NCBI GenBank assembly: GCA_041744215.1
Contig: JBGTLG010000030.1
Span: 98,971-162,970, forward strand
Source of the DNA: Fimbriimonadales bacterium
GTDB lineage: Bacteria; Armatimonadota; Fimbriimonadia; Fimbriimonadales; ATM1
Direction: 5' to 3'
Length of the DNA: 64,000 nt
Shown: positions 1 through 10,247 of the stretch, one piece after another
How positions within the stretch are numbered: the stretch's first letter is position 1
How the letters are laid out: every line of letters starts with the position of its first letter
Notes under the pieces: model-generated
What the model saw: only the letters and a program-made list of their open reading frames with translations
Database searches by the model: none
What the model was told of the DNA's origin: nothing
Translations under genes and position numbers: made by a program

Positions 1-1
1 G

Positions 2-1183
2 GGGTTCGCGTATGGCATGGAGAGTAGCGTCTGGTCTGTCTTCGCAATAGTCATTTCGCTGCTGGCACCATTGTTCATCTTCCCGCCAGGTGATTACGGC
101 GGGTTCATTCTAAGTTTCTACGGGATCGCTCTGGTGGGACTCGGTCTTTTAACTACGACAGGTTACATCCTCGCGATGGACACTTTCGGCCCGATCAGCG
201 ACAACGCGCAAGGCGTCTACGAGATGTCGGGCGCAGCCCACAATGAAGTCAAGGAAGAAGGCAAAATGGCTGGCGGACGTGCGGTGCAGCGGCTCGATGC
301 CGCCGGCAACACGACGAAAGCGCTGACGAAAGGATTCGCCATCGCGACGGCTGTCGTCGCAGCGGTTGCGCTCTTCCACGCATACTTGGACAGCGCCAAT
401 CTTGAAGCGGTCGGTCTAAGACTGGAGATCCCGCAGATCTTCATCGGACTTCTGATCGGCGGCGCGACTCCATTCTTGTTCTCAGCGTTCTCAATCAACG
501 CGGTTGGTCGTGCAGCATTCCAGCTAATCGGCGAAGTACGAAGGCAGTTCGCCGCAGATCCTGGGATCATGAAAGGGACCAGCAAGCCTAACTATGCTAA
601 GTGCGTCGAAATCGTGACCGCCGCCGCGCAGAAGGAACTGCTCGGTCCGGGCATCCTCGCGATCGCGCTGCCGGTTCTGGTTGGGTTTGGACTCAGCATC
701 GGCGCGCAGCCCGTCACGATTGGTGGCAGCGAGTACAACCTTGTTGGCGCGCAGGCGTTAGGCGGGTTCCTAGCTGGCGCGATCCTGTCTGGCCAGTTGC
801 TTGCTGTGCTACTCGCTAACTCAGGCGGTCTGTGGGACAACGCAAAGAAGCTGATCGAGGATGGACTGCACGGAGGCAAGGGCTCGGATGCTCACAAAGC
901 CGGCGTCGTATGCGATACCGTCGGAGACCCGTTCAAGGATACGGCCGGACCTGCGCTGAACCCGCTGATCAAAGTCATGAATCTCGTCGCCCTTCTGTTG
1001 GCGCCGGTTGTGATTCTGCCGCTTGCGAACACGACGCTGATGGTGATCGTCGCCATCGCTGTGATCTTCCTCGGCATCGCGATCTACTGGTCAAAGCGCG
1101 GCTCGATTGGCAGTGAGATCGCCGCAAACACTGCGGCGGCAGATGCCCGAGCTGCTGCGAAGCGAGACAGTGACGATCAGTAA
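2..1183 (+). CDS. hppA: Membrane-bound H+-translocating pyrophosphatase, K+-independent type (5'-truncated by window edge)
   Basis: Motifs DTFGPISDNAQG, LDAAGNTTKA, GGLWDNAKK and DTVGDPFKDTAGP; many TM helices; frame open to the window start. Lys in GNTTKA marks the K+-independent subfamily. Confidence 0.95.
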   Translation, partial: GFAYGMESSVWSVFAIVISLLAPLFIFPPGDYGGFILSFYGIALVGLGLLTTTGYILAMDTFGPISDNAQGVYEMSGAAHNEVKEEGKMAGGRAVQRLDAAGNTTKALTKGFAIATAVVAAVALFHAYLDSANLEAVGLRLEIPQIFIGLLIGGATPFLFSAFSINAVGRAAFQLIGEVRRQFAADPGIMKGTSKPNYAKCVEIVTAAAQKELLGPGILAIALPVLVGFGLSIGAQPVTIGGSEYNLVGAQALGGFLAGAILSGQLLAVLLANSGGLWDNAKKLIEDGLHGGKGSDAHKAGVVCDTVGDPFKDTAGPALNPLIKVMNLVALLLAPVVILPLANTTLMVIVAIAVIFLGIAIYWSKRGSIGSEIAANTAAADARAAAKRDSDDQ

Positions 1184-1189
1184 TCGTCC

Positions 1190-2074
1190 ATGTCAATCCT
1201 GATCGATAAGTCAACGCGCGTTGTCGTCCAAGGCGTGACTGGACGCGAAGGGAGCTTCCATGCGCGTCAGATGATCGAGTACGGTACAAGCGTGGTCGCG
1301 GGCGTGACACCCGGCAAAGGCGGCTCGTCATTTGACGGTGTGCCGGTGTTCAATACCGTGAAAGAAGCCGTCGGCCAGACGGGTGCAACCGCGAGCGTGA
1401 TCTTCGTCCCGCCGCCGTTCGCACCGGACGCGATCCTTGAGGCGGAGGCTGCAGGGGTTCGCTTCATCGTCGCCATCACAGAAGGGATTCCGCAGCACGA
1501 TATGTTGCGTGTGGTTAACCGGATCCACGAGAACGGCACTTCGCGGCTCTTGGGCCCGAACTGTCCTGGCATGATCACCGTTGACGAGTGCAAGATTGGG
1601 ATCATGCCAGGGCATATCTTTTCTAGCGGCCCCGTCGGACTGGTTTCTCGCAGCGGAACCCTTACTTATGAGATTGTCAATGAACTCACAAAGTCAGGCC
1701 TGGGTCAGACTTCGTGTGTCGGCATCGGAGGAGACCCTCTGCTTGGCACGCGATTCATCGATGTACTGCCAATGTTTGAAGCTGACGCTGCTACGGAGGC
1801 GATCGTAATGATAGGAGAGATAGGAGGCAATGACGAAGAGGTCGCCGCCGAGTACATAAAGACGATGGGCAAGCCAGTCGTTTCCTTCATTTCTGGCCGC
1901 ACGGCTCCTCCTGGTAAGCGTATGGGACATGCAGGCGCAATCATTAGTGGAGGGGTTGGCGGACCAGACAGCAAAGTGAGCGCATTGAAGTCTGCGGGAG
2001 CGCTTGTCGCAGAAACAACAACACAAATTCCTGAAATGGTGCGCGAAGTGCTTCGCAAATCATCTGGAGTGTGA
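1190..2074 (+). CDS. sucD: Succinyl-CoA synthetase alpha subunit
   Basis: [33 protein letters not shown] and the phospho-His motif RMGHAGAII. Confidence 0.98.
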   Translation: MSILIDKSTRVVVQGVTGREGSFHARQMIEYGTSVVAGVTPGKGGSSFDGVPVFNTVKEAVGQTGATASVIFVPPPFAPDAILEAEAAGVRFIVAITEGIPQHDMLRVVNRIHENGTSRLLGPNCPGMITVDECKIGIMPGHIFSSGPVGLVSRSGTLTYEIVNELTKSGLGQTSCVGIGGDPLLGTRFIDVLPMFEADAATEAIVMIGEIGGNDEEVAAEYIKTMGKPVVSFISGRTAPPGKRMGHAGAIISGGVGGPDSKVSALKSAGALVAETTTQIPEMVREVLRKSSGV

Positions 2075-2080
2075 TATATT
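2072..2080 (+). promoter_or_regulatory. Extended -10 promoter (TGnTATATT) for a probably leaderless MarR-cysteine desulfurase transcript
   Basis: TGA-TATATT lies 7 nt before ATG 2088; no Shine-Dalgarno sequence. Confidence 0.55.
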
Positions 2081-2087
2081 CTTTCTT

Positions 2088-2612
2088 ATGCCTGACGTAG
2101 GCGCAGACCGAGTCGAGCTGCTCGGCGATATGTTCGCTCATTTTGTCCGCGTGTCACTTTGTCAAGAGGTCGTTGATGGCCTTCAGAGACATGGAATCAC
2201 GTACACACATTACGAGGCGCTTCGATACGTGATCGCCAAACCAGGATCGACAGTAGGTGAGATTTCTAAAGGTCTGATGATCGGATATCCTAAGGCGACT
2301 CTGCTGGTCGGCCGTCTCCATGAACTCGGCCTTCTATCGAAGCGCGGAGTTCGATCGGACAAGAGAATCGCCCGCATATACTCCACTCCAGAGGGTGAGA
2401 ACCTGGCGAGTCGAGTCGCCAAGCTTCGGACGCGGAAGATGGAGAAAGTCCTGAAGAAGATGCAATCAGATGCGCGGGACTCATTCGGGAGGTCGCTCGA
2501 ACAGTTTCTATTGGCAGCAGATCAATCTGGCGAGTTGCGGGAGTCTTTCAAGCGCGTTGGTCTCTCTCCAGAGCTTTTGCTTGATTCGGATGTTGACTCG
2601 TTTACACCATGA
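2088..2612 (+). CDS. MarR-family transcriptional regulator
   Basis: Winged-helix pattern ITYTHYEALRYV...TVGEISKGL...LVGRLHELGLL...SDKRIARIYSTPEG. Start moved to ATG 2088 to avoid overlap with sucD. Confidence 0.85.
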   Translation: MPDVGADRVELLGDMFAHFVRVSLCQEVVDGLQRHGITYTHYEALRYVIAKPGSTVGEISKGLMIGYPKATLLVGRLHELGLLSKRGVRSDKRIARIYSTPEGENLASRVAKLRTRKMEKVLKKMQSDARDSFGRSLEQFLLAADQSGELRESFKRVGLSPELLLDSDVDSFTP

Positions 2613-3736
2613 AATCGCTGTACTTTGACAACGCAGCATCGACGCGAATCGCACCTGAAGTTCTGGACGCGATGATGCCGTTCATGACTGACTGTTACGC
2701 GAATGCGAGCGCGTTGCATTGTCAAGCTCAGCGAGCGAAGGCAGCAGTGGAGGAGGCCCGAGAAACCGTCGCAGAACTTCTCGGTGCAGACGATTCAAGT
2801 GAGATCATTTTTACGTCTGGGGCTACTGAGGGCAATAACCAGGTTCTCCACACCTTTGATGGCAAGCTGTTAGTGTCGGCGATTGAGCATCCCAGCATCG
2901 CGAATCCGGCCGCGGAGTCTGGCCGCTCCGACGAGATTCCTGTCTTGGGAGATGGCACGCTCAACTACGACGCGTACGCGACGCTGATACGCCAGGGCGC
3001 CGACCTGGTCAGCGTGATGCTTGTGAACAACGAAATTGGGTCGGTCCAGGACATTGATCGAATCGGTGGGATCGCAGAGTCGGCAGGGGCGCGATTCCAC
3101 AGTGACATCACTCAGGGAGTCGGGAAGGAACCTCTAAACCTCTCAGGTCGACCGATTGATTACGCAACGCTGTCGGGCCACAAGATCCACGCGCCGAAAG
3201 GTGTAGGGGCGCTGTGGGCCCGTGCAGGGGCACCCCTACGCCGATTCATGATCGGTGGGACCCATGAGCACATGCGCCGATCTGGCACGCTCAACGTGCC
3301 GGGCATAGTCGGACTGGGCGTGGCTGCCAGGCTGCTGATAGAGCGAGGCGAGGCAGAGGCAGCCACAATGCGGGCGATGCGAAACAGAATAGCGGCGTCA
3401 GTTGTGAGTCAGATCCAGGATGTCAAGATCAACGGTCAAGAGCTCAACGCCCCTCATATTCTCAGCATGAGCTTCTACCGAACCGAAGGTGAGAGCGTAA
3501 TCATCAACCTGGACAGCCAGGGGATCTGTTGCACGGCTGGATCCGCTTGCTCCTCCGGGATGAATCTCAAAAGCCGCGTTTTGACGGCCATTGGTCTCTC
3601 GGACGAGTGGCTTCGAGGCACGATCCGGGTCAGCCTAAGCCGCTATACGAGTGAAGAAGATGTAGATGAGCTAGTGCGGGCGCTCGTCTCGGCGGTTGGG
3701 ATGGTGAGGTCGCTGGCGGGCTACGCAACGGGATAA
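2609..3736 (+). CDS. iscS: Cysteine desulfurase, IscS/NifS (group I) type
   Basis: YFDNAAST, IIFTSGATEGNN, PLP-lysine SGHKIHAPKG, catalytic AGSACSSG; ATGA overlap with the MarR gene. Confidence 0.9.
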   Translation: MKSLYFDNAASTRIAPEVLDAMMPFMTDCYANASALHCQAQRAKAAVEEARETVAELLGADDSSEIIFTSGATEGNNQVLHTFDGKLLVSAIEHPSIANPAAESGRSDEIPVLGDGTLNYDAYATLIRQGADLVSVMLVNNEIGSVQDIDRIGGIAESAGARFHSDITQGVGKEPLNLSGRPIDYATLSGHKIHAPKGVGALWARAGAPLRRFMIGGTHEHMRRSGTLNVPGIVGLGVAARLLIERGEAEAATMRAMRNRIAASVVSQIQDVKINGQELNAPHILSMSFYRTEGESVIINLDSQGICCTAGSACSSGMNLKSRVLTAIGLSDEWLRGTIRVSLSRYTSEEDVDELVRALVSAVGMVRSLAGYATG

Positions 3737-3814
3737 ATCACGAACTTTAGGCACGATTTATGCGTCTGATTCGGAGCTTGTGAAAGAAATCACAAGCATT
3801 TTCCGCAGGAAATC

Positions 3815-3843
3815 TTGACAGGTAGCCCGAACTGTGATACCTT
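3815..3843 (+). promoter_or_regulatory. Sigma-70 promoter: TTGACA, 17 bp spacer, TGn-TACCTT
   Basis: Perfect -35 at 3815-3820, exact 17-nt spacer, extended -10 at 3835-3843. Confidence 0.75.
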
Positions 3844-3849
3844 GATCAG

Positions 3850-3990
3850 GCTGAGCCCCACCAGGCCCGAGGTCTGCGCCTCTGGGGCGATCTCTACCCA
3901 GCGCGATTCTTTTCGGGGTGTCGAATGACTTTGGTAGGTCGCCTGAGACGAAATGGCCTGCTCGCGCGTAATAGCGTTGGGGATCTCGCG
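3850..3990 (+). ncRNA. Structured RNA or 5' leader of the sigma factor gene (family unassigned; 6S-like rod or cis-regulatory element)
   Basis: Nested complementary segments: 3853-3860 with 3978-3987, CAGGCC 3862-3867 with GGCCTG 3955-3960, and GGCGATCTCTACC with GGTAGGTCGCC. Begins at the predicted transcription start. Confidence 0.5.
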
Positions 3991-4025
3991 GAGCACACAA
4001 CGATTTGGAGAACAACTAGACAAGA

Positions 4026-4988
4026 ATGAGTACAAACAGCATTCTGCCATCGCTGCCGGATGAAACGCTTGAGGAGGATCTCCTCGAGCCGGCGGAGGTA
4101 GAAGAAGAAGAAGAACCGGACGAGGAAGAGCCCGAACCGCAGCCACCCGACGACTCTGAAGAGCTCGAGATGTGGATGCGGCAAACGCGACGGGCTCAAT
4201 TGCTCACGCCTGAGCAAGAAGTGAGCCTCGCTCGGCGGGTGCAGCATGGCGACGACCAAGCCAAGCGGATTCTGATTGAGTCGAACCTTCGGCTGGTCGT
4301 CAGCATCGCCAAAAAGTACAACGCGAGGGGGATCCCTCTGGCAGATTTGATTCAGGAAGGCAACCTGGGCCTGATTCGCGCAGTCGAGAAGTTCGATTGG
4401 CGGAAGGGGTTCCGATTCAGCACGTATGCCACCTGGTGGATTCGGCGAGCGATTGCACGCGCAATCATCAACCAAGGCCGGACAATCCGAATTCCGGTTT
4501 ACGTAGCGGAATTGATCAATAAGGTCGTTAAGACGCAGAATCGACTCCAGCAGGATTTACAGCGCGACCCGACTGAGGAAGAGATCGCTGCTGAGACGCA
4601 AATGCCGGTCGATCGCGTACGTGAGCTCCTGAGGGTTTCCTCTGAACCGCTGTCCTTGGAGACACCCGTGGGCGAGAAGGACAACTCGTCGCTCGGCGAC
4701 TTCGTGCCGAACAAAATCATGCCTGAGCCTACCGATGTCACTACGACCCTTATCAAGCGTCAAGAAATCGACTCGATCTTGGGCCGCCTGACTCAGCGCG
4801 AGAAAGACGTCGTAAGCCTTCGGTTCGGGCTTGATGATGGTCGTCCGAGAACTTTGGAAGAGGTCGGTGTTGCACTGAATGTCACGCGCGAGCGAGTCCG
4901 ACAGATTGAGCTTCGCGCGATGAAGAAGTTGCGGCACATCGGCGAAAAGCTTCGTGCGCTTGGCGTTCAGTTGCAGTCCTCGGCGTAG
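4026..4988 (+). CDS. RNA polymerase sigma-70 factor, RpoD/SigA family (regions 1.2-4, short acidic N-terminus)
   Basis: [68 protein letters not shown]. Confidence 0.95.
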   Translation: MSTNSILPSLPDETLEEDLLEPAEVEEEEEPDEEEPEPQPPDDSEELEMWMRQTRRAQLLTPEQEVSLARRVQHGDDQAKRILIESNLRLVVSIAKKYNARGIPLADLIQEGNLGLIRAVEKFDWRKGFRFSTYATWWIRRAIARAIINQGRTIRIPVYVAELINKVVKTQNRLQQDLQRDPTEEEIAAETQMPVDRVRELLRVSSEPLSLETPVGEKDNSSLGDFVPNKIMPEPTDVTTTLIKRQEIDSILGRLTQREKDVVSLRFGLDDGRPRTLEEVGVALNVTRERVRQIELRAMKKLRHIGEKLRALGVQLQSSA

Positions 4989-5038
4989 CCACCTGGTGTC
5001 TCAAAGCGTCGGCCGCTCGGATTTCCTGCAGAGCTTCG

Positions 5039-6166
5039 TCAGCTACCCGAATCTTTGAATTCTCCCGCAAGCGACTCCAACTCAGTTGCGATCACACGAC
5101 GAATCGCCTCTGATTCGGTCGTGAGCTTGTGGGATAGTTCCGCCCGGTTCTCAAGGGCGTGGTTGCACACAGCAAGCAGGCCGCTTGCGTCGCCAAAATC
5201 CACGCAAGACAGTGGGTAGTCGAGTAGCTCGAGGAGCCCCGCAGTTTTGTGACTGCCGCTGGGCAGAGGAACGAAAGGCGTCCCGACCGTTGCCGCCAAC
5301 ACACTCATGTGATATCTTCCACCCACCAAGAGGCTGGCGTTTGCAATCACTCGGGCGACTTCTTCGTAACTCGCTGACGAAGGGACCTGAACGGTATCCG
5401 CGTGTTGTCCGGTTTTGATTCGATACCCAATGGTCTTCTGGTCCGCGGGGGCCGAAAGCAGACAGACCACTTTGAGACACTTTTCCTGCGCGAAAGTCCG
5501 TACCTGCTGAATGTAAGATTGCCAGTCCACTTCTCTGAGGATCGCAGATCCCGTCACTGCCAAGTAAGCTTGGCCTTGAAGGTCTATCGGGGAGTGAACT
5601 GAGGGCCTTGCTAAGAACGCGGTATCTGGAATGGATCTGACGCGTTTGACACCCAAACCGGCGATGAAACGCACAGAAGCAGGCTCCCGCATGGCTACGA
5701 CATGAAACCGGTTGAAGCATCCTGCGATCGCAGGCTCGAATTGCGGGTCTTTGGTCTCTGCGCTTCCGTTCAGGCAGACCACCCTCTTGTTCACCGCAGC
5801 AAGGGCAGCCGGGAGCAGCAGCAGTCTCGCGCCGGTGGTAAATCGGAGCCCGTCCATCGTTCCTTCGGGTTGAAAAATGGCGCACTCTGCCTCGACAGCG
5901 ATATCGAAATCTTCGCGATAAATCGCCCGCGCCGCTTTCGCGAGCAAATGGTCTCCAGTCGGACTGGGCTCCGAGAGTGCGGCTTCGATCTTTCGCCGCC
6001 ACCGCAAGTTAATGATTGCGTCGATGCCTTTCGACTTTCGCAGCGGAACGAGGTGAAAAGTTGCGGTTGGCGCAACTCGCGCGAGTTGCTTCAAGAGCTC
6101 TCCACTCGTGGCCTGAGACCCCCAGTTTCCACGGTCTCCGGTGTAATTGATTACGGAGATTCTCAT
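5039..6166 (-). CDS. Polysaccharide pyruvyl transferase family protein
   Basis: N-terminal NWGSQA, MREPAS, IPDTAF and GGRYHMSVLA motifs. Confidence 0.8.
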   Translation of the reverse strand: MRISVINYTGDRGNWGSQATSGELLKQLARVAPTATFHLVPLRKSKGIDAIINLRWRRKIEAALSEPSPTGDHLLAKAARAIYREDFDIAVEAECAIFQPEGTMDGLRFTTGARLLLLPAALAAVNKRVVCLNGSAETKDPQFEPAIAGCFNRFHVVAMREPASVRFIAGLGVKRVRSIPDTAFLARPSVHSPIDLQGQAYLAVTGSAILREVDWQSYIQQVRTFAQEKCLKVVCLLSAPADQKTIGYRIKTGQHADTVQVPSSASYEEVARVIANASLLVGGRYHMSVLAATVGTPFVPLPSGSHKTAGLLELLDYPLSCVDFGDASGLLAVCNHALENRAELSHKLTTESEAIRRVIATELESLAGEFKDSGS

Positions 6167-6819
6167 TGGCGAAGTGACCGAGACAATTCCGAATGCAAAG
6201 CCCGCACCATATCGTCAATGCTGATGGGCAAAAGGTGTGGCGTATGCGGCTCAGCGAAGACCTTCGCAGGGTCGATGAGTGGGCAACCGACAGGAATGCT
6301 GCACTGCGCGAGCACGGCATTCCGCGTAACACGCATCGCTACTCCGATCAACTTCTCCTTTGACGAGCGCTCCACGACGTCGTTTGGAGAACAGCGTACG
6401 AAGCAGTCCGCGGATGGCGGTCTACAATCGCTCTCGAGCGATTCGCCCAATGCGGCATCGATGCCGAGAGACCGAAGTGCGAGTATAAGGGGTGCGACCA
6501 ACTCTCGGTACAGGTCGCGAAGCCTCCTTGCATCCCCGAAAATGGGCCGCGCTATCGAAACCGTTAGGTCGTGACCGTGCAATACACCTCCACCCCCTGT
6601 CGGGCGTGTTACCCATCGTACAGAGTTGGGATCAATGAGCGCTTTCTCACTTTGTTGTGTTCGACCAAGCGAAACCCACGGTCCTTCCCATTGGTAGATG
6701 CGCGCAGTCGAGACTCGCTCCGCTGCGGCAGCCTTAAACATCGTTTTGTCGATGTGCATGTTTTCATCGCCGTCGCCTTCGCCGTTGACCCTGACGTTAG
6801 CCAGCGATAGGAGGCTCAT
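6163..6819 (-). CDS. Lipoate-protein ligase/octanoyltransferase family protein (LplA/LipM-like catalytic domain)
   Basis: NMHID, RIYQW, VSLGRTQ, RPTGGGGVLH, KLIGVA; next to the gcv genes. Confidence 0.85.
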   Translation of the reverse strand: MSLLSLANVRVNGEGDGDENMHIDKTMFKAAAAERVSTARIYQWEGPWVSLGRTQQSEKALIDPNSVRWVTRPTGGGGVLHGHDLTVSIARPIFGDARRLRDLYRELVAPLILALRSLGIDAALGESLESDCRPPSADCFVRCSPNDVVERSSKEKLIGVAMRVTRNAVLAQCSIPVGCPLIDPAKVFAEPHTPHLLPISIDDMVRALHSELSRSLRQ

Positions 6820-6984
6820 GGCGGGATTATGGCGAACTTGCTTCGGTCAGCAAACGCGACCCTGCAGATTCAGTCACTCGGCCAAGCCGGAGGCACACAT
6901 CCGGTTCCCGCCAGGCTGTCGGTTGATTTGGAAAATCGACGGAAGTTAGTTGTAGTGTCTTGCGGAGTGTGGCGCGTCGGGTTA

Positions 6985-8457
6985 CTACCGATTCGCCAGT
7001 TCCGCTTGTGCATCCGTCCAGCATACGTCGAGGGTCTTGGCAGCGAACGCTTCGTCCAACCTGCCCACCGGGGTTACGGTCGGGGCTTTATGGAGCAGCG
7101 CGGGATTCGTTTTCGCTTCGTCAGCTATCTCAAGCATTGCATCGCAGAATGCGTCAATGGTTTCCTTCGTCTCGGTTTCTGTTGGTTCGATCATCAGGGC
7201 CTCAGGGACGATCAACGGGAAGTAGTTTGTCGGAGGGTGAAAGCCGTAGTCAATCAACCGCTTGCTTACGTCAAGAGCGCGTACTCCAAACTTCTTAAGC
7301 GGCTTTGCTGTCAAAACGCACTCGTGCATACAAGTTCGCTCGAAAGCTCGCGGGTACTCATGTTCGATGCGAGCCTGCACATAGTTGGCGTTAAGCACCG
7401 CATGCCGGGCAATGTCTGCGAGTCCTTCCCTACCGTATGCTCTCACATACGCCCATGCGCGGACATTCATGAGGAAGTTGCCATAGAACATATGGACTCG
7501 ACCCACGGATTGGGGTCGGTCGTGATCCAGCTTGTATGCGCCGGTTTGCTTCGTTACAACGGGCCGAGGGAGAAAGGGCTCTAGGTGAGACTTGACTCCT
7601 ATGCAACCACAGCCAGGACCACCGCCGCCGTGCGGTGTGCTGAAGGTCTTATGCAGATTGAGATGCATGCAATCGAAACCGTGGTCTCCAGGTCTCGTGA
7701 CACCGACCATCGCGTTCATGTTCGCTCCATCGCAAAACACTTGTGCGCCAGCCTCGTGAATGAGCTTGCAGATTTCAGTGATGTTGTCTTCAAACAACCC
7801 GAGAGTGCTCGGGTTGGTGAGCATCATTGCCGCTACTTCCGGCGACAGATGCGCTTTGAGATCTTCAATGTCGGTGCTTCCCCGCTCGTTCGTTCTGACC
7901 GATTGGACACGGTAGCCAGCACGAGTGGCACTCGCGGGATTTGTACCATGCGCGCTGTCGGGGACAAGCACTATGTCGCGGTGGCCTTCTCCTCGTGAAT
8001 CATGGTAGGCGCGAATGAGCAGTAGGCAAAGCAACTCTCCGCTCGCACCTGCGGGGGGCTGCATTGTCGCCGTGTCAAATCCGGTGATCTCTGCCATCCA
8101 CGTCTGCAGATCGTGGATCACCTGTAGGTTTCCTTGGACAGTGCTCTCGGGCTGCAGGGGATGTGTCAATGCGTATTTTGGATTCGACGCCACAACCTCA
8201 TTTACTCTCGGGTTGTATTTCATCGTGCATGAGCCCAAAGGGTAAAAGCCGGTATCTATTCCGTAATTGCGATGACTGAGATTTGTGAAGTGGCGGACAA
8301 CTTCCAGTTCGCCCATTTCGGGAAGTTCTGCCGATTCGCGAAGGTTGCCTGCACCTACGAGTTCCTCCAGTTCAAGTGTTGGGACGCCTGTAGCTGGCGG
8401 CGTACACCCAGTTCGTCCGTCACGTGAACGCTCGAAGATCAAAGGAAAGTCGCTCAC
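6985..8457 (-). CDS. gcvPB: Glycine dehydrogenase (decarboxylating) subunit 2
   Basis: YPLGSCTMKYNP, SAHGTNPASA, HLNLHKTFSTPHGGGGPG, MIEPTETE. Confidence 0.97.
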   Translation of the reverse strand: MSDFPLIFERSRDGRTGCTPPATGVPTLELEELVGAGNLRESAELPEMGELEVVRHFTNLSHRNYGIDTGFYPLGSCTMKYNPRVNEVVASNPKYALTHPLQPESTVQGNLQVIHDLQTWMAEITGFDTATMQPPAGASGELLCLLLIRAYHDSRGEGHRDIVLVPDSAHGTNPASATRAGYRVQSVRTNERGSTDIEDLKAHLSPEVAAMMLTNPSTLGLFEDNITEICKLIHEAGAQVFCDGANMNAMVGVTRPGDHGFDCMHLNLHKTFSTPHGGGGPGCGCIGVKSHLEPFLPRPVVTKQTGAYKLDHDRPQSVGRVHMFYGNFLMNVRAWAYVRAYGREGLADIARHAVLNANYVQARIEHEYPRAFERTCMHECVLTAKPLKKFGVRALDVSKRLIDYGFHPPTNYFPLIVPEALMIEPTETETKETIDAFCDAMLEIADEAKTNPALLHKAPTVTPVGRLDEAFAAKTLDVCWTDAQAELANR

Positions 8458-9773
8458 GCATTGACCGCCTTTGCGACCGCTGCTACAAACTCATCAATCT
8501 CCGCTTTCGTTCTCACCTCAGTAACAGCTATCAGCAGAGCATTTGGCATCTCAGGGTAGTAATCCGACAGCGGTAATCCGGCTAAGAACCCGTCAGCCAT
8601 TAGCATATCTCGGATTTTATGCGCGTCTTTGCCAACGTTTAGCGCGAACTCATAAGCGAACGGCTCGTCGAACACCAAACTCACTCCTGGAAGTTTGCAA
8701 AGTTCGCGCTTTGCATAATGTGCGTTTTGTACACAACGCTCTGCAACCTGGCGAAAGCCCGTCTTACCCAGTGCGCTCATCCATACGGTTGCGACAAGAG
8801 CCATTAGCGCCTGGTTTGTGCAAATGTTGCTTGTGGCCTTTTCGCGTCGAATATCTTGCTCGCGGGGGCGAAGCGTCATCACAAATCCTCGCCTTCCGTC
8901 CTTGTCTTGAGTCCGGCCGACGATGCGACCGGGAATTGAACGAACGAGGCTTCGCTTGACGCAGAAAAATCCTACGAGCGGGCCTCCGTAACCCATAGGC
9001 ACTCCTAGTGCCTGGGCCTCGCCAACCACGATGTCTGCGCCGAGGTCACCAGGCGGAACGAGGACACCGAGGGCGATAGGGTCTGCTGCGACGATTACGA
9101 GCGCTCCCTTTGCGTGCGCCTGCTCAATGACCGTTCGAAGGTCGGTGACCCTTCCAAAAAAGTCTGGGTACTGCACAGCTACGCAAGCGGTTTCGTCATC
9201 GATTACAGATGCGATATCCTCGACTTCGACTACGCTGCAGCCGACAGGTCGAGAGAATGTCTGCACACACTCTCGGTAGTGAGGATGGATCGCTTTCGAC
9301 ACAACGAAGCGTGTGCGACCAGTTACACTGTTCGCCATAATGCACGCCTCGGCAAGCGCAGTCGCACCATCGTACATGGATGCATTTGCGACTTCCATTC
9401 CCGTGATCGCGCAGATCATCGACTGGAATTCATAGATCGTCTGCAGGTACCCCTGGCTCGCTTCCGGCTGATATGGAGTGTATGCAGTTAGGAACTCGCC
9501 CCGGGTTACTAACTGCATGACGATCGACGGCACGTAGTGCTCGTAGATCCCTGCGCCCAGAAAGCTGATGAGCGACCCGAGCGACACATTTTTGGAAGCG
9601 ATTTGGCCCATCTCACGGACCAATGCGTACTCGTCCAGAGCTTTCGGGATGTCCAGATCGCCTTCTACCCGCAAATCGCTTGGGATCTCGTGAAACAGGT
9701 CCTCAATTGTAGTGACCCCTATCGTCTTCAACATCTCTCGACGATCGGCTTCTGTATGCGGAATGTATCCCAT
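8454..9773 (-). CDS. gcvPA: Glycine dehydrogenase (decarboxylating) subunit 1
   Basis: FLTAYTPYQPEASQG, NASMYDGATALAEA, REQDIRREKATSNICTNQAL. Confidence 0.97.
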   Translation of the reverse strand: MGYIPHTEADRREMLKTIGVTTIEDLFHEIPSDLRVEGDLDIPKALDEYALVREMGQIASKNVSLGSLISFLGAGIYEHYVPSIVMQLVTRGEFLTAYTPYQPEASQGYLQTIYEFQSMICAITGMEVANASMYDGATALAEACIMANSVTGRTRFVVSKAIHPHYRECVQTFSRPVGCSVVEVEDIASVIDDETACVAVQYPDFFGRVTDLRTVIEQAHAKGALVIVAADPIALGVLVPPGDLGADIVVGEAQALGVPMGYGGPLVGFFCVKRSLVRSIPGRIVGRTQDKDGRRGFVMTLRPREQDIRREKATSNICTNQALMALVATVWMSALGKTGFRQVAERCVQNAHYAKRELCKLPGVSLVFDEPFAYEFALNVGKDAHKIRDMLMADGFLAGLPLSDYYPEMPNALLIAVTEVRTKAEIDEFVAAVAKAVNA

Positions 9774-9782
9774 AAGTCGGGG

Positions 9783-10157
9783 CTACTCCGACAGTAATGC
9801 GGTGTAGGCGTCCGCATTCATCAGGCCACTCGGATCGCCGTCCAGCTTGATTTTGACGATCCAGCCGGCACCGTAGGGATCCTGATTAATCAACTCACTG
9901 GTGCCTTCCAATTGTGGGTTAATCTCCAGTATCTCCCCTTTGACGGGGCTGTATATATCCGAGACAGTCTTCACGGACTCGATGGTCCCGAAACTATCTC
10001 CGGGTGCGACGGCCCGGCCCGGTGACGGGAGGTCCACGTAAACGATGTCGCCCAACTCTGATTGGGCGTATTCGGTGATTCCGACTGTTGCGGTGTCGCC
10101 TTCGAGGCGCACCCATTCGTGCGACTTGGCGTAGTGTAGATCCGTGGGAACGTTCAA
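9783..10157 (-). CDS. gcvH: Glycine cleavage system H protein
   Basis: SHEWV, GITEYAQSELGDIVYV, lipoyl-lysine IESVKT, DPYGAGW; TTG start at 10157 with upstream AGGAG. Confidence 0.96.
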   Translation of the reverse strand: MNVPTDLHYAKSHEWVRLEGDTATVGITEYAQSELGDIVYVDLPSPGRAVAPGDSFGTIESVKTVSDIYSPVKGEILEINPQLEGTSELINQDPYGAGWIVKIKLDGDPSGLMNADAYTALLSE

Positions 10158-10247
10158 GACAGAATTCTCCTGAGAAGAGCCTATCTTACACCACGGAACC
10201 GGGGGATTGGAGGTGCGATGTGGACCATTTCGCACACCGCCTGTCGA

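Noticed and set aside
6820-6984. Small RNA or tRNA in the spacer between gcvPB and the lipoate ligase gene
   Set aside because: Only two short hairpins, with no cloverleaf or T-loop consensus.
10158-10247. Possible glycine riboswitch upstream of gcvH (contains CTTCTCAGG and a hairpin)
   Set aside because: Too short, lacks the GGAGA/CCGAAG core elements, and a -10-like TAAGAT lies just upstream of the RBS.
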